Below, piece by piece: positions 1-15,300 of a stretch of 64,000 bases of DNA. The DNA is from Pocillopora damicornis (Eukaryota): NCBI RefSeq assembly GCF_003704095.1, contig NW_020844728.1, positions 62,001 to 126,000 of the forward strand, written 5' to 3'. Position 1 is the first letter of the stretch. Each line of letters begins with the position of its first letter. The notes under the pieces were generated by a model that made no database searches, was not told the origin of the DNA, and saw nothing but the letters and a program-made list of their open reading frames with translations. The position numbers and the translations under genes were made by a program.

Positions 1-316
1 ACATTTCTTGGATCTTCTCGTTACAAGAGGTCAGTCTTGTGATGGAAAAAATGTTATATTCGGTGCTTAAAGCTGGACTCACTGGTTGGAGGCAAAGGCG
101 GAAAAAACAAACCGACCCTCTACGTACAGTACATTCAAGCCTTAGTCTCAGTGTTCAATAGATATCATTACTCTAGCGAGAATCTAAGCCCTTTCAAGTT
201 GAAATAAATGCACTATCAATTTTGTTGGAAACTGAAATTCAAAATATGTTACATAGTGATGATATGAACAGGACCAATTTAGTGTTACCAAGGCAATATT
301 TCATTTCTTTTTTCAG

Positions 317-3300
317 AACCCTCTCTTCCAAAGATAGCGACATCCGACACTTCTGTTTCATGGTATAACAGAAAGCACAGAATACTTCCCGTTGGGGGAA
401 GAGTTGAAGTGCTCTCTGGAACGAAAGTGACCTTGACTTGTGAATACTCGGCTTTTCCGGAAGCGAATGTCAAGTGGATTGTTTTAGATGTAGAAGGTGA
501 TCCTTTACCAGACGTTGGATATGAGGTCATTAACGGTTCACTTCTACTGATGGCGTTACGGCCATCTGATTCAGCTCAGTATGTTTGCTCTGTGGAAAAC
601 GTAGCGGGAACGGCATCCGCATCTACAATACTTAAAGTCGTTGGTAAGTTTTATTTTTTCTTGGAAGTAGGTATTTCGTTTCTAACCAGTGCCATAAATT
701 TCCTTTTCATGACATTTTTTTCTTAGATGTTGTAGGGGCGTTGATTGTGAACACATGCAACTTTTCCCATTTTTGTGTGTTAAGAGGTTCCTTAAGAACT
801 GTTTGAATTTTATAGTAATCACGATTTTGATTAGGTCCCAACTAAATGAACTGGATAATTTGTTACCTTGTTGCCGTCTTACTCAGATCCTCAGCCACCA
901 TCAATAAGCTCTTCCCAAGAAAGCATCATTTCTCTATCGGATCGTCTTCCTGTACAAGCTATCGCTGGTAATGTCGTCACCGTTCTGTCTGGCACGAGTA
1001 TTACAGTCACTTGCTCTGCTGACGGGTTGCCCACTCCGTCATTAGCCTGGAGCAGAGAAGAGCAGCTGATTCCTACGACGCAATCTGGTATTCTCAGAGT
1101 TGAAAATTCCACTGCAGAAGATTCGGGAGATTATCTCTGTACTGCCATGAGTGAAGTTGGTGTCGATCAGGAGTCTACGAAAATCACAGTCATCGGTTAG
1201 TGTCTTCACCTAACCCTAACCCAGCCTATAGAATATATCACATAGATGATTGTAGTTTTTGTTCTCTCCCTCAATACTATCGTATACAGGCTTCCTATAG
1301 ATATATATATATATATATANNNNNNNNNNNNNNNNNNNNNNNNNNNNNNNNNNNNNNNNNNNNNNNNNNNNNNNNNNNNNNNNNNNNNNNNNNNNNNNNN
1401 NNNNNNNNNNNNNNNNNNNTATATATATATATATATATATATATGGTTCAGTACTTTTTGAGCATTTATTTCGTTGCTTGCAGAAAAGAAAGTTTCTTTA
1501 GAATTAAATGTTCAGGAGATTTCCAAAAAGTCGAATGTGTACGTATGTTGTTCGTGTGCGGTTAATAAGGACTCCACCTGTCGATTGAGATAAAATCAAG
1601 GCACAATGTAGAAATTTTTTTCCGATCAACTTGAAATTAGGCCTCTTTGAAAACAAACGTGTAAAGAAACACGACATCTTCATTCTTTAGAATATAGTTT
1701 AAAACAACAAAAAAAGTTCTCACATGTTCTTTTGAACAAATCACAAAATTGCAGAACCAAGAGAGCCTCGTATTCGTCCACCTGAAGGCGACAGAATCCC
1801 TCTTACCAACGCTACCCTTGTGAAAGTTACAGTAGGAAGTGAAGTTACAGTACTAACACAGTCTCAAATCAATATCACGTGTGTCGTAAGCGGTATACCA
1901 AAACCAAATATTACGTGGCTGAGAGATGGAGAGCGATTGGAGGCTGAGGAAGGCAGTTTTTTAGTGTTGAACATTCAGGATGTGAACGATGCTGGGCGGA
2001 TCACATGTCAGGCCGAGAATATGGCAGGAAAAGCAGCGTTAAGCACCATTATCAATGTCATAGGTAGGGAGAAAAAAAAGAAGTTTCAAATTCAAAGTTT
2101 GAATAAATTTAGTCTACTCTTTCGCCTGTTTGCCTCTTTGATAACAATGATTTCTAGGCAGTTTGTTTGAAAAGTATTCAGTTTGCAGACTGTAAATTTG
2201 TTGAGAATTTCAGGAAGGCTGCGCAAAGAGAAACTCCAAGGCTGTCCTCGTACTTTCCAAAACTTCCCACGAGTATCCACTCGTCAATATAAGTACGATA
2301 TGCGTGACCCCACCCAGATCTAGGGAATGTTTGGTCCTGTCTATAGTTATGTGTCATTACCACACGCAAAGTTCTTGAAGTGTGAGATGAGTTTTTGACC
2401 ATAATACGTATGTCCTCTGTCTGTGCCCGCGCTTGTCGAGTGAATAGTCGTAAGAGGGTCTCATTATTTTTGTATTCTTCGCATTCATTTCAGAGCCTGC
2501 GATTCCACGTATTACATCTGATACAGGAACAATCGATGCGCTAAACAAGAGAAGAGCTGTAACGGGATCTGTTGGTGTCACTGTGAAGATGTTCACAGCT
2601 ACATCTCTGACTCTGAGATGTTATACTGAAGGATCTCCCGAGCCGACTGTATCGTGGAGTAAGAATGGCCAACAACTAGATTCCAAGGGTAGAATCTCCA
2701 TATCTGATGATGGTGCAATGACCATAACGAACACTCGGACACATGACACCGGACGCTACAGATGTTTAGCAAAGAATATTATCGGCAAAGCTTCTGTAGC
2801 CTCTTCTGTGTATGTTCGAGGTAATTATTGAAACTGTTTTAACAACTTTATTGATAGATGTATTACCAAATTTAGAGTGCACTTCAAGTGCATTTCAGGT
2901 GATGCTTGTTGATTTGCGGTACACCATAACTGTAAACGTCGGCTATATACTTTTTTCGATTCACATCCAATATTTCGAATGAAGTAGAATAATGATAATG
3001 ATAAAAATAGTTGAATAAGTTAAAATGACCATCGTTATCATGCTGGTTACGACAGTTCTAAAAGAATATTGATTTCGCCATAACAAAACAGTTGTCTTCA
3101 CACGATTTTTTTTCGTGTAGCTCCCATGGCTCCTACAATAAGAAAATCCGACGCCTACATCATTTGGTATGAGAGCCAACCATTTAAAGCAAAAATTGGA
3201 GATAATTTGACAACATTGAAAGGAAGGAGGTTAACCCTGACTTGCCCTGCCGTTGGAGTCCCAAAACCAGCTGTGTCTTGGTACAGGGGTGGGATGAAAA

Positions 3301-6300
3301 TGAGGAGCGGTAAAAACTATCTTGTGATTGGTCAGACGCTGATCATGTACAGACTCGATCCTATGGACACAGATCGCTACACCTGCGTGGCAAGGAACTT
3401 CGCGGGGGTCAAGACTGCTACCAGTACACTGAAAGTTCACGGTATGGTCTCTGCTAGTTTCTATGTTTGTATACAATTCTTTAACAACTTGCAATAAAAT
3501 GTTAAAAAAAAGTTGCATCCATGGAAAAGATTTTCAGGTAAAATTATGACTTACCTTTCAAATTTGATACTCAGTTAAGAGAAGAAGACCACGCCCAAAC
3601 TTTTCTCTCCACAATTTCTTTATAACTACTTGCACCTCTATTAAGACACGCTGATACCAAAATGGTAAATCCCCCCCCCCCCACCCCCACTACAAGTGGA
3701 GCACATATTACCATGTAAGCTCTTATCGCAAAGCAATTCACATTTATATTTAGATAATTTATAATTATAATTCACAGCGTGGAAGTCATGAATCGGTGGC
3801 GGAAGCGGTGGTTGTATAGGGGCGTGGAGCCGGGGACAGAAATCTCAAAGCAAAACGTTCTTTACCTTTGCAGACTTTACAGATCTGCTTAGCGTCCTTT
3901 ATTACATTCGCGATAAACAATTGTACCGATATCATTCATAATTAAATGATTTATGCTATAATTGAGAATGTTTTTATCCTTCTCACTGTGGGAAGAGACG
4001 CACTCTCTTCACTTACTTTTTCGCATCAAGTTAAGTTTTCACGCTATTTGCCTGTTAGCTCAACAACTTTTCTACGTTCTTTTACAGAACCCATGGCACC
4101 TGATATAATGTCATCTTATGGCAGTGCGGAATCTCTGCAGGACTGGACACATTTTAATTTTACTATTGGAACAGACGTGGCTATCTTACAGGGAAGTCCG
4201 ATGACAATCAAGTGCCCAGTTATTGGCGTACCAGAACCAAAAATCGGCTGGATAAAAGATGGCAAGATGTTAACTTCTAATGATCGCATGGACATGGACT
4301 GCGTTGGTACTCTAAACATTTACAAGCTTGAGCTTGAAGACTCCGGGGATTATGTCTGTACCGCTCAAAGCTTTTTGGGAATGGATATTGCATTTAGTGC
4401 TGTAACGGTTATTGGTAAGAATGGGAGTTATCAGTCTAATTCTTCATTTCTGCCATAATTTCTGGTAATTTAGTCTGGTAGCTATGTTGAGGTCCAAAGA
4501 CCCTCAAAACCAGGCAGCAACCCTGAAAATTGATTCGGCACCCTAAGAAAGATTCTTGGGACTTGTAAAGAAACTTTACAATTTGTTTCTGACTATTACA
4601 CTGATTTATTTCATATCATTGCTTTTATCAGTTTTCCTGTTGTTTCGGTATATTTTTACCTGTAGACTTACCCTAGGCAAAATAAGTGGTTATCGTTTAA
4701 GAAACAGCAAACAGGAAATTGAAGAGATGCGCAACACCAGCGCGTAGAGAGATGGTATTGCACCTTTTCATTAAAGCCTCATTTCATCTATGGAAAGGAC
4801 CCAAAAATTGGGAATTTAAGGCTTTTACTAGCTTTGTTGTTTTTTTCTTCTTCCCTTTTATTATTTATTTACTCTCAGAATGATCTGTTTCCCTTCAGAG
4901 GCCGTCAAACCGACAGTTGACATCTCCAATAGGGCGTACATTAGCAGTGGCGAACTTATAGACATGCAAGTCGGAGACAACCTCACAGCCATACTCACCA
5001 CTCCTGTCAACATCAACTGCACAGCTTCAGGAGTCCCTAAACCAAGCATGACTTGGGAAATGAACGGAAAACAACTGGGTAATGGTGGAAACTACAACAC
5101 TGGCAACAACGGAGCCCTTATCATCAGAGGAGTCCAAGATCCTGGAGAGTTCACGTGTGTTGCACAGAACTTTGTTGGCCAGGATGGTGCATCAAGCTTT
5201 ATTGCTCTGTTAGGTTTGTGACCAAACTATGCAACTCTTTCATGCAAAGATCAAATTTCGGATAACCCCTCGTCTTTGTTCGATAGACTAATTGATAGTT
5301 TCCACTTGGCAATGTTATTAGTTGCTGAAGAAACTATTGTGGAACTTTAGGCAAGAGAAATACTCAATCGATTATTAACTATATTTTTGGTTAATTTTCC
5401 GTAGGTAATTGATATTTATAACCATTTGAAAATCATTTTCCCATTTCATCCAATAGATCCTAGAAAGCCTATGATAAAAAGTTCTGACGAACCAAAGACG
5501 ATAGAATCTATGGATCAAAATCCTCTCGCAATGATCGTTGGAGACAACGTGACAGCACTTACTAATACAAGTGTTACCGTTCAATGTAACGCCAGCGGCG
5601 TACCACCACCAATTATCACTTGGACACAAGATGGTCGGAAAATAAGCAGTGGAGATAGATACGCAATTCAGGATAGTGGGTCGCTTTTTATCCGCGAGCC
5701 TGATAAATCAGACACTGCTCAATACACGTGTACTGCAGAAAATGTTGTTGGTAAAGTTAGTGCGTCAAGCATAGTGCAGATCGTAGGTGAGTTTTCTTTG
5801 TTACTTGGTCATTGGTCATTCTACGAAATAATTATACTTTTAACGTCCAAGCACTTTTAGTGGTTTTGCCATGGAAGTGTGGTCGGTTAGGTTTATCAGA
5901 TTTTTATTTTAATGATTTTCAGAACCCGTCAAACCAGTAATCGAAGTTCAAAGACCTGGACGAGTGATTCCTGTTGGTGATGGTAGTCCAGTGACCATAG
6001 ACGTTGGTGATAATGTGACAGCACCTTCAAACACAACCATCACCATCAGGTGTCCAGTTAGTGGTATACCAAAACCAGTTATTTCATGGGAAAGAGACGG
6101 CGTGCAGGTTACTCCGGAGGGGAGGCTGTCAATTAGCAGTGATAACAGTCTGGTGATTAAAGAAGCGGGTGTTGATGAAGGCGCTAATTACAAGTGTAGC
6201 GTCCAAAGCATTGCTGGAACGGACAGTGTTTCCTCAACTGTCAGCATAGTAGGTCAGTTTCATTTCAGTGTGGTGTTTTCAACCATGATGATATGGTGTT

Positions 6301-9300
6301 TGAAAAGTCTGAATACAACGTTAGAAAAGAAAATATCGAAGATTCTCTTTGTTCTAATGTCTTCGCTTTTTAAATTTGTTTATTGAGTGCATTGTTCATT
6401 CAAATCCCACAAAGACTCAGTTGTCAAGAGAACGTAATAAGAATAATTGATCTAAATTACCCGATCAGGGAATTGGAGAACCAGAAGTGGTTGCCGTCTG
6501 AGTCTCTCCCTTGAAAATGTTGTAAACTTGAGCCTTTGTTAAAAATTTCGTTCGTTGGTTCGTCAGTCTTTTAGATGTTACACTTAGTCCTCAACGGTCC
6601 TTTTTTTTTTGTTTTTTGGTTTATTTTGACCAAATTGTTGTTTTCTACCCTGATAAAGTTTTTGATTCGGTTATTCAAATGAAGTCTGACTAAGGCCGCG
6701 GTGTCAGACAATAATTGGACTTCAACAGGTGAATTTTTTTCAAAGTTAGCTACTAGCCCTTAGACACTGATCACATTAATTGACATTGACTGAAGAGTTT
6801 CGGCAACTTAAAGATGTTCAAGAGCGGAGTTTAACTGCTGAGACGAAAACGACTCTGTTTGAATAACCAGCCTTTTACTCTTTCGAAAGCTTCTTTTGAA
6901 CACCAATTCTTTGGATGGTAATACCTTTAAGTTAACAAAATCTGGGTTCTTAGAATCAGTTTACTATGGAAAAAAGTGTTATATGAACAAAAGTAACTGA
7001 ACACGACTCCGTTCGGTAGAACTGTCCAAACCGGTGGTGAAGATTCCTGACAAGCCTAAGACCTCAGAAGCTCAAAACAAGAGTCCTATCATCATGAACA
7101 TCGGCGATAACATGACAGCACTTACCGACACGAATATCACTATTCAGTGTCACGCCAGCGGTGCTCCAAAACCAACAGTCACTTGGTTAAAGAACGGTCA
7201 GAAAATCCGCATCGACAGCAAGTACGCGGTCCAGGATGATGGTTCACTGATTATCAGAGGAACAGATAAAGGAGACACCGCCCGATACAGTTGCATTGCG
7301 GAAAGTGCGACTGGTAAAGACAGTGCCTCGAGTGTCGTGATGGTTGCGGGTGAGCTTAATATAATTGGTATTTCGTTGCAGTTAGTAATGAGGACTTGCT
7401 ACAGAGTAATACCGGTAATGCACCATCTAGATCTCCAGACTTTTGTCGGGTTTGACCTTTTTGGGAGCAGAAACCATTGGGATCCTGGTTTGGCCAACGA
7501 AACGTACTAAATTCTTATGAATTCTAACATTCGCCTAAAGACTAAGGGCACGGTGGTAATTGACCACGCGTTTTCGTTTTTCAGAGCCTAAAAAGCCGGT
7601 TGTTTCTGTATCTGAAACTGGTCAAAAGATTCCGATTGGTGATGGTAGTCCAGTGACTATGAACGTTGGTGATAACGTGACAGCAGCCTCAAACACTACC
7701 ATCACCATTAGGTGTCCAGTGAATGGAGTACCAACACCAACTGTTACTTGGGAGAAAAATGGAGTGGAAATTATCCCTGGCGATGACATCATGATCACAA
7801 GGGATAACACCTTGGTGATTGTAGCAGCAACGTCTGAAGATAACGCCCAGTACATTTGTCGCGCCCGTGGTCTTACTGGCACCGACAGTGCTTCTTCAAC
7901 AATTGAAATTATTGGTAAGTGATGATGTAACCACTGAGTTGGATATTTATTGTAATCTTTTTTCAGCAAACTAATTTCATACGTTGTATTAATACAGAGC
8001 CTTCCGGGCCTACAATAGAAATCCCCGACCAGCCAAAGACGATCGAGTCTACGGACCAAAGTCCCATTGTAACGACCATTGGTGACAACGTGACAGCAGT
8101 TATTAATACAAGCGTTACCATTCGATGTAACGCCAGTGGAGTACCAATACCTACTGTTACGTGGACAAAGGATGGCAAGAAAATTGTAAAAGAAGACAGA
8201 TACAGCATTCAGGATGATAGCTCTTTGCTTATTAAGGATAGCAACAAAGAAGACACTGCTCGATACACGTGTACTGTAGAAAGTGTTGCTGGTAAGGAAA
8301 GTGTATCAAGCACAGTACAAATTATTGGTAAGTAGTATGATAAAAAGTCTTTCACATCCTTTTAACCTGGCATGTATGTTACAAAAGATGAGTAAGCTTG
8401 TTATTGCAATTCAACAATGTTATGTTTTCCCGATGTTACGGTATATTCTATCGACAAAAAAACAATACAATCCTACAAACTCAACTACTTTATTAAACTT
8501 ATTCTTAATAAGGAGCCACTCCTAAAGGCTGTACAGTACTTATCCTCGATGAACTTACTGAATCCCACGACAGTCTATATCTTAGCTCACCTCTGGAAGA
8601 TGCTCACGGCATAGCTTTCTACACATTCGGTCACTCCCGACGGTAACAACAGCTACTACTACATAAATGAGTCCTTATATACATTGACAAAGTGTTCTGG
8701 AACATTCCAGAAGCTTACAAAAGAACTATTTTAGTAGTATTACGAAATAAGTGCGTGACTTGATTAAATTGAAAGTTCTATGGTACGCATGTCAGCATGA
8801 CTAAGCAGTCTGGAGATTTCTAGAAGCTTATATTTACAACAATTATTCATAACACCGAATAACGCTTGGGTTTTTTTGTATTCATAAACGTGCACCTAAG
8901 GTAGTGATTAACCGCAGTCTTTAATGTTTCGCAGCGATTGAGCAAATTGCAGACTAATGTATTGCCTCTTCACTTGCAGATTTGAAGGGGCCATTAATTT
9001 TAGTTCCAAAGCCAGGCCCAAAGATATCAATTGGAAACGGTTACCCAGTAATTACAACAATTGGTAGTCAAATCACTGAGATTGCTTTTGTTAAAATCTC
9101 CCTGACTTGTCCCACACAAGGATCACCTCCTCCAAACATAACCTGGAAAAAAGACGGAAAAGAGTTGGTATCCGGTAATGGGTATGTTATTGATAACAAA
9201 GGCACACTGACTATTCTGGAGGCTCTCACCGAAGACTCGGGGAGATATTCTTGTTTGGCACAGAATGTTGCCGGTAAAGAGGAAGTGACGTCACCCATCG

Positions 9301-12300
9301 ATATTCTAGGTATGTGAGGAGGCAGCTGCTTTGCGAGCCAGGTATCAGTGAGCCCTTTTGAAAAAAATGCTTTGATCGGCGTAAATTCAGGAGACTCTCA
9401 TTCACTTGTTTAAACTTGCCAGGCGAGAAAAGACTGAGAGCGGTATTATTGTAAGAATAAAAGACGCGTAATAGTAATAATAATGATGTATGTCTCGCCC
9501 GTGATGCGTTAGTGGTCTCCTAACAGTGTCCTTCATGACTCTTAAGAACTCGCAACATTCCAAAGTAGTGGGATTTCTAGGGCTACGTTACAGTATTTCT
9601 TTTGCTATCCCAAAAAATTAAAACTCACTTGCTTTTAAGAGAAAGAGATGGTATTTTTCTTTCGTAATTGTATACAAAATGAAATACAAATCATAATGAG
9701 AGAGTACTCCTTCAAAGATGATTCCCTAAAATTTTCTTTTAGAACCTGCGGAACCCATCATCTTGCCGTCACAAGGAACTGACATTTCAGATGACCACAA
9801 CCAAATCACCACTGGAGTAGGTACAAAGATTGATACTATCAATGGCACCACAGTTGTGATAGCATGCAATGTTAAGGGTGTTCCGAAACCCACGGTGAGT
9901 TGGTCTAAGGATGGTCAGAGCATATCGTCACACGACGGCGTAACATTTGCTTCAAACGGAACGTTGATTATCCGGGTATCTAAAGCTGAAGACAGCGGTA
10001 ATTACACGTGCACTGCCAGCAGTCGGTCAGGGATTGATAGCGCCACATCTCCTGTAACAGTCTCAAGTAAGGGTTACTTTTCTCACTCGCGTTGTCTTTA
10101 TATATATTTAGAGTATGCAAAAATCAGTAAAACGATTATTAAGGTGTGGTGTATATTCAACCACCACACTGCATATTATAGTAATTAGTGCACCAAATTA
10201 TCCAGCGGACTCAGTATAAGGACGCAAGGAAGGATTACGAACGGGTTTGCTATTTTGTCCTAATTATAATGAACTTTAACATCTATTTGCTTCTTATTTC
10301 AGAATACTGGTAAACGTAAATTTTTAATCACTGTGTTAATCACCCATCTTTGGCAGATCTAAAGAGCGAATTTTAGTCTAAATTGCAAAATGTATCCATC
10401 TTCCCCCAATAGCTCTGATAAGAATGGCATGGCATTTGGATCAGGCGGTGTATGTGTCTGTCTGTCAGTCAGCTTATTAGGAGTCAAAGCCAGCCATTGT
10501 TAACTTTTGTGGGATCTCGATTATTTGATTTAACATTTTATTTAGAAATGATACGTCTATAGTCACTGGAAAATTGGCCAGGAATTTACTATTGTTAGTG
10601 ACCATTTGAAACTTTATCAGTTACAAGGAAGCCCTCGATAGAGCGTTCCGATAGAGATGTGTTCTGGGAGTCATACAGTCCCTTGAAGGTCACTGTGGGT
10701 AATAAAGTTGAGATCATTGATGGTTCGTCCGTTACCTTGGTATGTAAATCCAGTGGTATTCCTCTGCCTTCGTTGAGGTGGACACGTGGTATCGAGACAT
10801 CATCAGTTTATGAGAAATATGACATCGAGGAAGAAACGCTGACCATCAGCAATATTCAGATTGGAGACGCTGATAACTTTACATGTACGGCGACTAACAT
10901 GGCAGGGCAGGATACAGTCACCACAGAACTAATAGTCCTGGGTGAGTCACGTCTCGTTTTCAAACTGACACGATCTTCAGTAACATGGTTAATCAGTTAA
11001 AGATTTTTCTTCCTGTTTTTCGTTTGTTTGTTTCTACAGAACATAGAGAACCAGTCATTCTATCAAACAAGGTGAATTTAGTTGACGTTAACAACAGTAA
11101 ACCCGTCGTTGTTCCCATCGGCGCCAACATGACGACCGTTATCAATGCCACGATCATCATGAAGTGTGTTACAGAGGGCTCACCCACACCTACTGTCTCG
11201 TGGAACCACAATGGGCGGCTTATTACCACTGGGGACAGGCACCAAGTGAATCATACGGCATTGATGATTGAAAATGTTCAGCTAGGTGACGCAGGCCGTT
11301 ATGATTGTACAGCAACCAATAAGTTCGGTCGTGATGATGAGTCACTATTGCTAACCATCACAGGTAATTTTGGAGCAGCCCTTTTTTTTTCCTTTGTACT
11401 TAAATCTTGTTCATGCGACTCAAATCAAGCGGAGATATGACTGAGACCGTACGTAAATCAATGAAAGGTGTCTTAGTGTGGTGTTAAGTATCACGACTTC
11501 GACCTTTAATGCCTTAGAGCCTTACTGCGTGTGTCATCCTCAAATCATCTTATTCTAACTTTTCCATTGTTTTCGGCGGGTTTAAAAAAGTTTACAGCAA
11601 TTAGACATTCAAGGACATTTACACATATGGAAACTTCAGTTAACTCATTTTAGATGATGTACAAGGCTCCATCTTAATTGAAAAATTAAATACATCATTT
11701 CATCTTTTCAGTTCCGCCTTTGATCAGCAATGTGAAAGGCTCGTTTGAGATAACCGACATCAGACAGCTTATCTCCATAACAACGGGAGCAGTGGTCACC
11801 ATTCCTAGAGGCGTGTCGGTCCGAATAAAATGCCTGGCAACGGGCATTCCACAACCGGATATAACTTGGTATAAACGAGACCAAAATCACAAGGAAAGAA
11901 CGCTAGTGGTACCCAACGCGCATTTGAAGATACTGAAAGACAATTCCCTTTCTATAAAGCACACTTTAGTGGTTCATGCTGCCTTTTATACTTGTGTTGC
12001 GACTAATATCGCTGGACAAGATGAAGGAACAACCCACTTGAACATTGGAAGTAAGGAAGTACAATTTTATTATATATTTAAAGTGTGCAGTGGTTTCTCT
12101 CATTTACCGAATGATTGAGATGGTTGTCACAGTTCAGGAAATTGTACTAACAAGTTTTCAGGGTCAGACAAAAAAAATTAAATTTTGACTGGCAAAATTT
12201 GAGTTCAATCGAGGAGTACTTTGTATAGTTAAAAAAAAACTGATGTCTGTGGCAGGCATGGTTTAACTAATTGACAAACCCTTAAAATTAGTGCCGCGCA

Positions 12301-15300
12301 GGTTGGCTGGATTTATAATGAGAGGTATCTGTAGTAGGCCTGTGAACGCGCAAGCGCATGAAGTTACACATACATAGGAAGTATCACTTGTCACGTTGAA
12401 TACACCATTATAAGGGTTATTGCATTATTGAATACACCATTATAAGGATTATTGCAGGGTGGAAAAAGCCCGAAGTTGATTTAAACTATTTAGAAGTGCT
12501 ATAATTCAAAGAAGAGCTAGATTCCATTGTGTTGCGTCAAAATGTGATAAATAGAAGAAGTCAAAATGTGATAGATAGAAGACGTCAAAACGTGATAGAA
12601 ACATCAAAGACATGCCAGCGCGCGGCTCCTCAGCCTTGTCTTGGTCTTGCTACATATTGACATCTTTTGGGATCGCCTTTTCGTCGATTGTCCATGCAAG
12701 CAAATGCTTTTACCAACAGGAAACATAATTATAGGTTTTTTTACAGCCTTTCGTAACGTCAAGGATAGCTCAAAAAGGGAAAAAAACCAGTCTTGATTTT
12801 CTACACTCCGGAAATATTGTAGATTTTATACTACAAATGATTGTCAACAGAATTTTGAAATCTAGAATTTTTACATTAGCCTTCTGCCGTAAACGTTTTT
12901 CTTCAGCTCTATGATCTCTCCATACATCACTTTTGTGACAAAATCTGCACACGTGCATTATGGAAATTTTGTGATCTCATCACGACTAATAACAGTGAGC
13001 ATTTTCTTGAGAATTTAACATTAGTTGTAACAAATAACACCCTTCTTAAACCGATTAAAACACTATCAATGATCATTTGTGCTCACGGTGGCGGACCTTT
13101 GGCACCATTGACTCAAAATTTACCTGTAGGTACTCTTCATGAAATATTTTCCATCTATTTTCCCTAGCACCTCCAGAGATCCCAAGTTATTGGCAAGGAA
13201 TGAAATCTCGATTTAACGACCGCGCTAGACATCTAAAAGCTGCAGGTGCATCTGCTACAATAGTGAAAGGAGCAACTTTAAACATTAGATGCGCTGCTGT
13301 GGGAACACCAAAACCCACTATCAAGTGGATTGTGGCGACTTCAGGCCGACAGAGTCGATACACTGTCTTACATGACGGTACATTGGAGGTACCTAACGCC
13401 GAACTTATGGATGAAGGAAACTACACTTGCATTGCAAACAATTCATATGGGACACTAAATAGGACTACAACCGTTAGCATTTTGGGTAAGAAGTTACAGC
13501 AAGACCTAAAGTAACATGGCCTTAAAGGTTACGTCATGTCTGATGAGTGCGTACTGTAATTCAATCATGTTTTGTTCTGAAGATTCTCATTTGAATGAAT
13601 TAGTTAAGGCAGAGTGCTATAGAATTTGAGATTGGGTAAAACTGGACAAACGAATCAGCTATGAAGGAAATTGCTTATTGTCGAAGTAGATTACAACGGC
13701 CAATTTACGGCAAGCGACCATCACGTCGTTAAAATTTATTCCTAACATTCTTTCAAATCAGCATCACAAATTAATGCGAAAGACACCTCAAAATTATTGT
13801 AAGAGTAAAGCTGAACGGGGTTCTTGTTTGAATGTGCTAATCCAGCGTAATTGGTATGAAAAAGGTAGAACCTCTCTGATAACAATGGACCTCACTTAGT
13901 TTCTGAGTTGGTGAGGACGGTGAAAAGGGCTGTCAACAGAAAACCTGACTTATAGCTACCAGTGGTGTTGGCGTTTTGGTTTGGAAAGCTCTCCTTTAAG
14001 TAAGGTTGAGAATCTTTCGTATGCGGCCTTTGATTGGTCAAACAGTATTTCAGAGGTGCGAAAAGTTGAATTACGAAGCAGGTAGTTAATGACTTCTTTC
14101 TGACAGCTTTCTTAGGTTAAATCTCGGTGCGCATGTTATTTATTTGTTTTCTGATGAAGTCGATCTTCTTATGAACCTTCATAGCAAGACTTTGGTTCGA
14201 AAGTGACTTCAATAATGACTGGTAGTCGATTTCTTTTTCCTGGATTAAAATTAGGGTTCCTTTATTGACATGCATATTCCATATTTGTTATCATTGTTTT
14301 TTCTCTATTGTAGTTCCGCCCCAAATCCTTGAGCGTCATTTTCGGCATCTTTACGATAAGAAAGGAATTGAAGGTTATGCAATGGCTCACATGGAAGTTA
14401 AAAGAAGGAAAGTATCTTCGCTAACGGTGAAACAAGGTTACAATTTAGTGTTAATATGTACTGTGAGTGGAAAACCCAAACCTCACGTAACGTGGACACG
14501 GAATAGAGTTCTGATCAAGAATGACACTCGACATTTACTGTTGCCCAATGGAGTGCTGTTGGTTCGTCGCATTCTTGTTAAGGAGTCTGGCCAATATAAA
14601 TGTGTTGCAACCAACGTAGTCGGAAAAGATCAAGGAACTGTACAGCTTACTGTGAGAGATCAAGGCAAAGGTGAGCACAGGGTTTGAAAACATTGTGTCC
14701 ATCCAGGAACCTAACAAACATATGTAAACTAAGCATACCACGGAAAGAATAGCAATCAGATCAGAGATTTTAGTGGAGACACAGGTAGCCTAAGCTCGCA
14801 CAAGGACCGTAGATGTGCATATATGTTGATGTTGCTTAAAGGGCGAAATACAAGGATTTGTTACTAAAAGGTCGCATATCACTCTAAAGACCTGAGCTAG
14901 TTGTAAACACCTTGTTTTAGTGATTGTTGCTATGTATCGTATGAGTTTTATGGGTGTTTCATCTGCTTTGCCTTCTATATAATCCTCCATCTGCTGCTCT
15001 GCTTCTATATAATCCTTCTCTAAGACAGGCGAGTGGGAATCTTAAATCGAACAAATCCATTGGAAGAAAAACGCCGAAAATTCTCTCGAAATCTCTCCAA
15101 TCACTACAAAAACGAAGATGGTCTTGCAGAGACATTAGTTAAGTCAAACGCTTAACCATTCCGTGGAAGTACTATGTAACTCTGTATATGAGACACATAA
15201 TATCGTCATTGGAGATAACCTTAATGAATTGGATTCGTTTTTAGGGTATTGGGAAGCTTCAGAGTGGAGCCAAGTAAGTAAATTGTTTTTTAATAAATAA

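Noticed and set aside
1200-1565. ORFs spanning the N run
   Set aside because: Artefacts of the assembly gap and TA repeat.
317-14670. Hemicentin, titin or Dscam assignment for the Ig array
   Set aside because: The C-terminus is TSP1-TSP1-PLAC with no G2F/EGF, FN3 or transmembrane segment, and the exons are serial domains rather than mutually exclusive variants.
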